A stretch of DNA of 61,249 bases, the filler included, from Globobulimina sp. (lineage: Eukaryota), in the NCBI GenBank assembly GCA_003354225.1. It is 18 parts of 18 records of this genome, joined end to end, with 100 filler letters (N's around TTAATTAATTAA, not from the genome) between each part and the next. Parts side by side here need not be neighbours in the genome. Positions count along the whole stretch, not along the records: positions 57,947 to 61,249 come from PIVH01003143.1; 17 more parts are not named here. One strand, given 5' to 3'. The notes under the pieces are model-generated. The model was not told where the DNA came from and did no database searches. It worked only from the letters and a program-made list of their open reading frames with translations. The position numbers and the translations under genes were made by a program. This document shows, piece after piece, positions 60,035 through 61,249 of this stretch (position 1 is its first letter; the number at the start of each line of letters is the position of its first letter).

Positions 60035-61036
60035 TTAAGGTTTCTTGTAATTTCTATCAAATACAGGCAATACTAATTTTGTGAATGGATGAAAAAACGC
60101 AGGTAAATATTGTTTGATATACGTGAATAGCAGCACTGGCTGGGTGGATACAACTGAATCTGCAATAGAATATTCCAACATAGTCACATATAATTCTGAG
60201 CAACGTTTCAATGTCATTCTACCACTATTTTTAGTCCGATTATCACCTCTTTTTATATCCATATTATCCAATGACGAACCTGTTGCATTCAAACTGTATT
60301 TATGCAATTGTATATGTCCCGGATTAAAGATATTAATATCAATGTTATTATCCATTATTTCCATTTTCAATGTTTCCAAATATCCATTTATAGCAAATTT
60401 ACTCATGGAATAAGCAGATTGTCGCGGCGATCCCAATTTGCCAGCAATGGATGATGTCAATGCAATTTGATGATGGTTGTTATGGTTTGGATCATATTTT
60501 TGCCAATGTCTTATCATGGATCCAATCATTGCAACAGGTCCAATGGTGTTAATTTGTAATATCCTCTGTAAAATATCAATATTGTTATCAACACTCCATC
60601 CAACGTGAATCATTCCGCTATTTACAACTAAAATGTCAATAGCATTAAACGGTATATCTTCCATCAATGTGGAAATAAAAACGTCATTATAACCATCATT
60701 CGTTGCAAAATCCAATAAATCTAATGGTTTGATTACAATTTCAATATCTTTTGCATTGTTTGTAAGTGAAAGAGCCTGTTGTTTAACTCTTTGTAATTGC
60801 TTTTCTCTCCGTGAGGATAATATTAATTTGGTACAGCCAGATTCAATTAACTCATAAACCAAAAATTCACCAATTCCTGATGACGCACCAACTACCCACA
60901 CGGATTTATCGCTAAGGCCGTGATTCCCCATTAATTGTCTATGTAAATCGCATGAAAAGGTTATGAAATCTGCATCGAACACGGCCAACCATATTCCTAC
61001 ACACAATGCAAGCAAGAGTGGAAATAATGGTGACAT
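60035..61036 (-). CDS. DHRS7: Short-chain dehydrogenase/reductase, DHRS7-like
   Basis: N-terminal anchor, WVVGASSGIGE, DILVVNSG, SSIAGK, catalytic YSMSK. Confidence 0.85.
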   Translation of the reverse strand: MSPLFPLLLALCVGIWLAVFDADFITFSCDLHRQLMGNHGLSDKSVWVVGASSGIGEFLVYELIESGCTKLILSSRREKQLQRVKQQALSLTNNAKDIEIVIKPLDLLDFATNDGYNDVFISTLMEDIPFNAIDILVVNSGMIHVGWSVDNNIDILQRILQINTIGPVAMIGSMIRHWQKYDPNHNNHHQIALTSSIAGKLGSPRQSAYSMSKFAINGYLETLKMEIMDNNIDINIFNPGHIQLHKYSLNATGSSLDNMDIKRGDNRTKNSGRMTLKRCSELYVTMLEYSIADSVVSTQPVLLFTYIKQYLPAFFHPFTKLVLPVFDRNYKKP

Positions 61037-61249
61037 TTACTCAACCAAAACGTTTTTTAGACGCTCTTAGGTTCAGCTCCTTTTATTAATCAACCTACAT
61101 TTGAGCATGTTTGTCAATGGACACACAAAGTACATTGGCAACGGAAAATTGTTAATGGTAATTACAAATTTACAAACAATCAAAACTAACATTTTATTTA
61201 ATTTTTTATTAACTCAACAATGCCATGTGATTTGGATATATTTGTAGTT

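Overview
This window is not one locus. It is 18 unrelated contigs of 3303-3311 bp, sorted by decreasing length and joined by artificial 100-bp linkers (44 N + TTAATTAATTAA + 44 N), so adjacency is only meaningful inside a contig. Most contigs are AT-rich, gene-dense eukaryotic nuclear DNA with short (about 58-165 nt) spliceosomal introns in the standard code. The gene-family style suggests a foraminiferan or related rhizarian protist, but that is inference. Recognisable genes include a PP4R1-like HEAT protein, eS7, V-ATPase subunit d, Miro, IFT139/TTC21B, Oxa1/Cox18, CCT6, RPC11, PCH2/TRIP13, PRDX5, a DHRS7-like SDR, a GH44 glycoside hydrolase, two alpha/beta hydrolases, an AONS-type PLP enzyme and a KDZ-type transposase. 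One contig (51140-54443) looks like giant-virus DNA and part of another (37514-38059) looks metazoan. The most unusual signal is at 10936-11185, where four tRNA halves are ordered A5'-B3'-B5'-A3'. This reads as a circularly permuted class II tRNA nested inside the anticodon-loop intron of a second tRNA. Other highlights are a virus-like 2OG-Fe(II) oxygenase + GT60 Hyp-GlcNAc transferase + Pro-rich protein + GtrA-like module, a 38-nt hairpin repeat array, an AONS + reductase gene pair, an ADP-ribosyltransferase-like protein and a CCT6 locus bracketed by inverted repeats. All homology calls come from motif recognition by eye; no searches were run.
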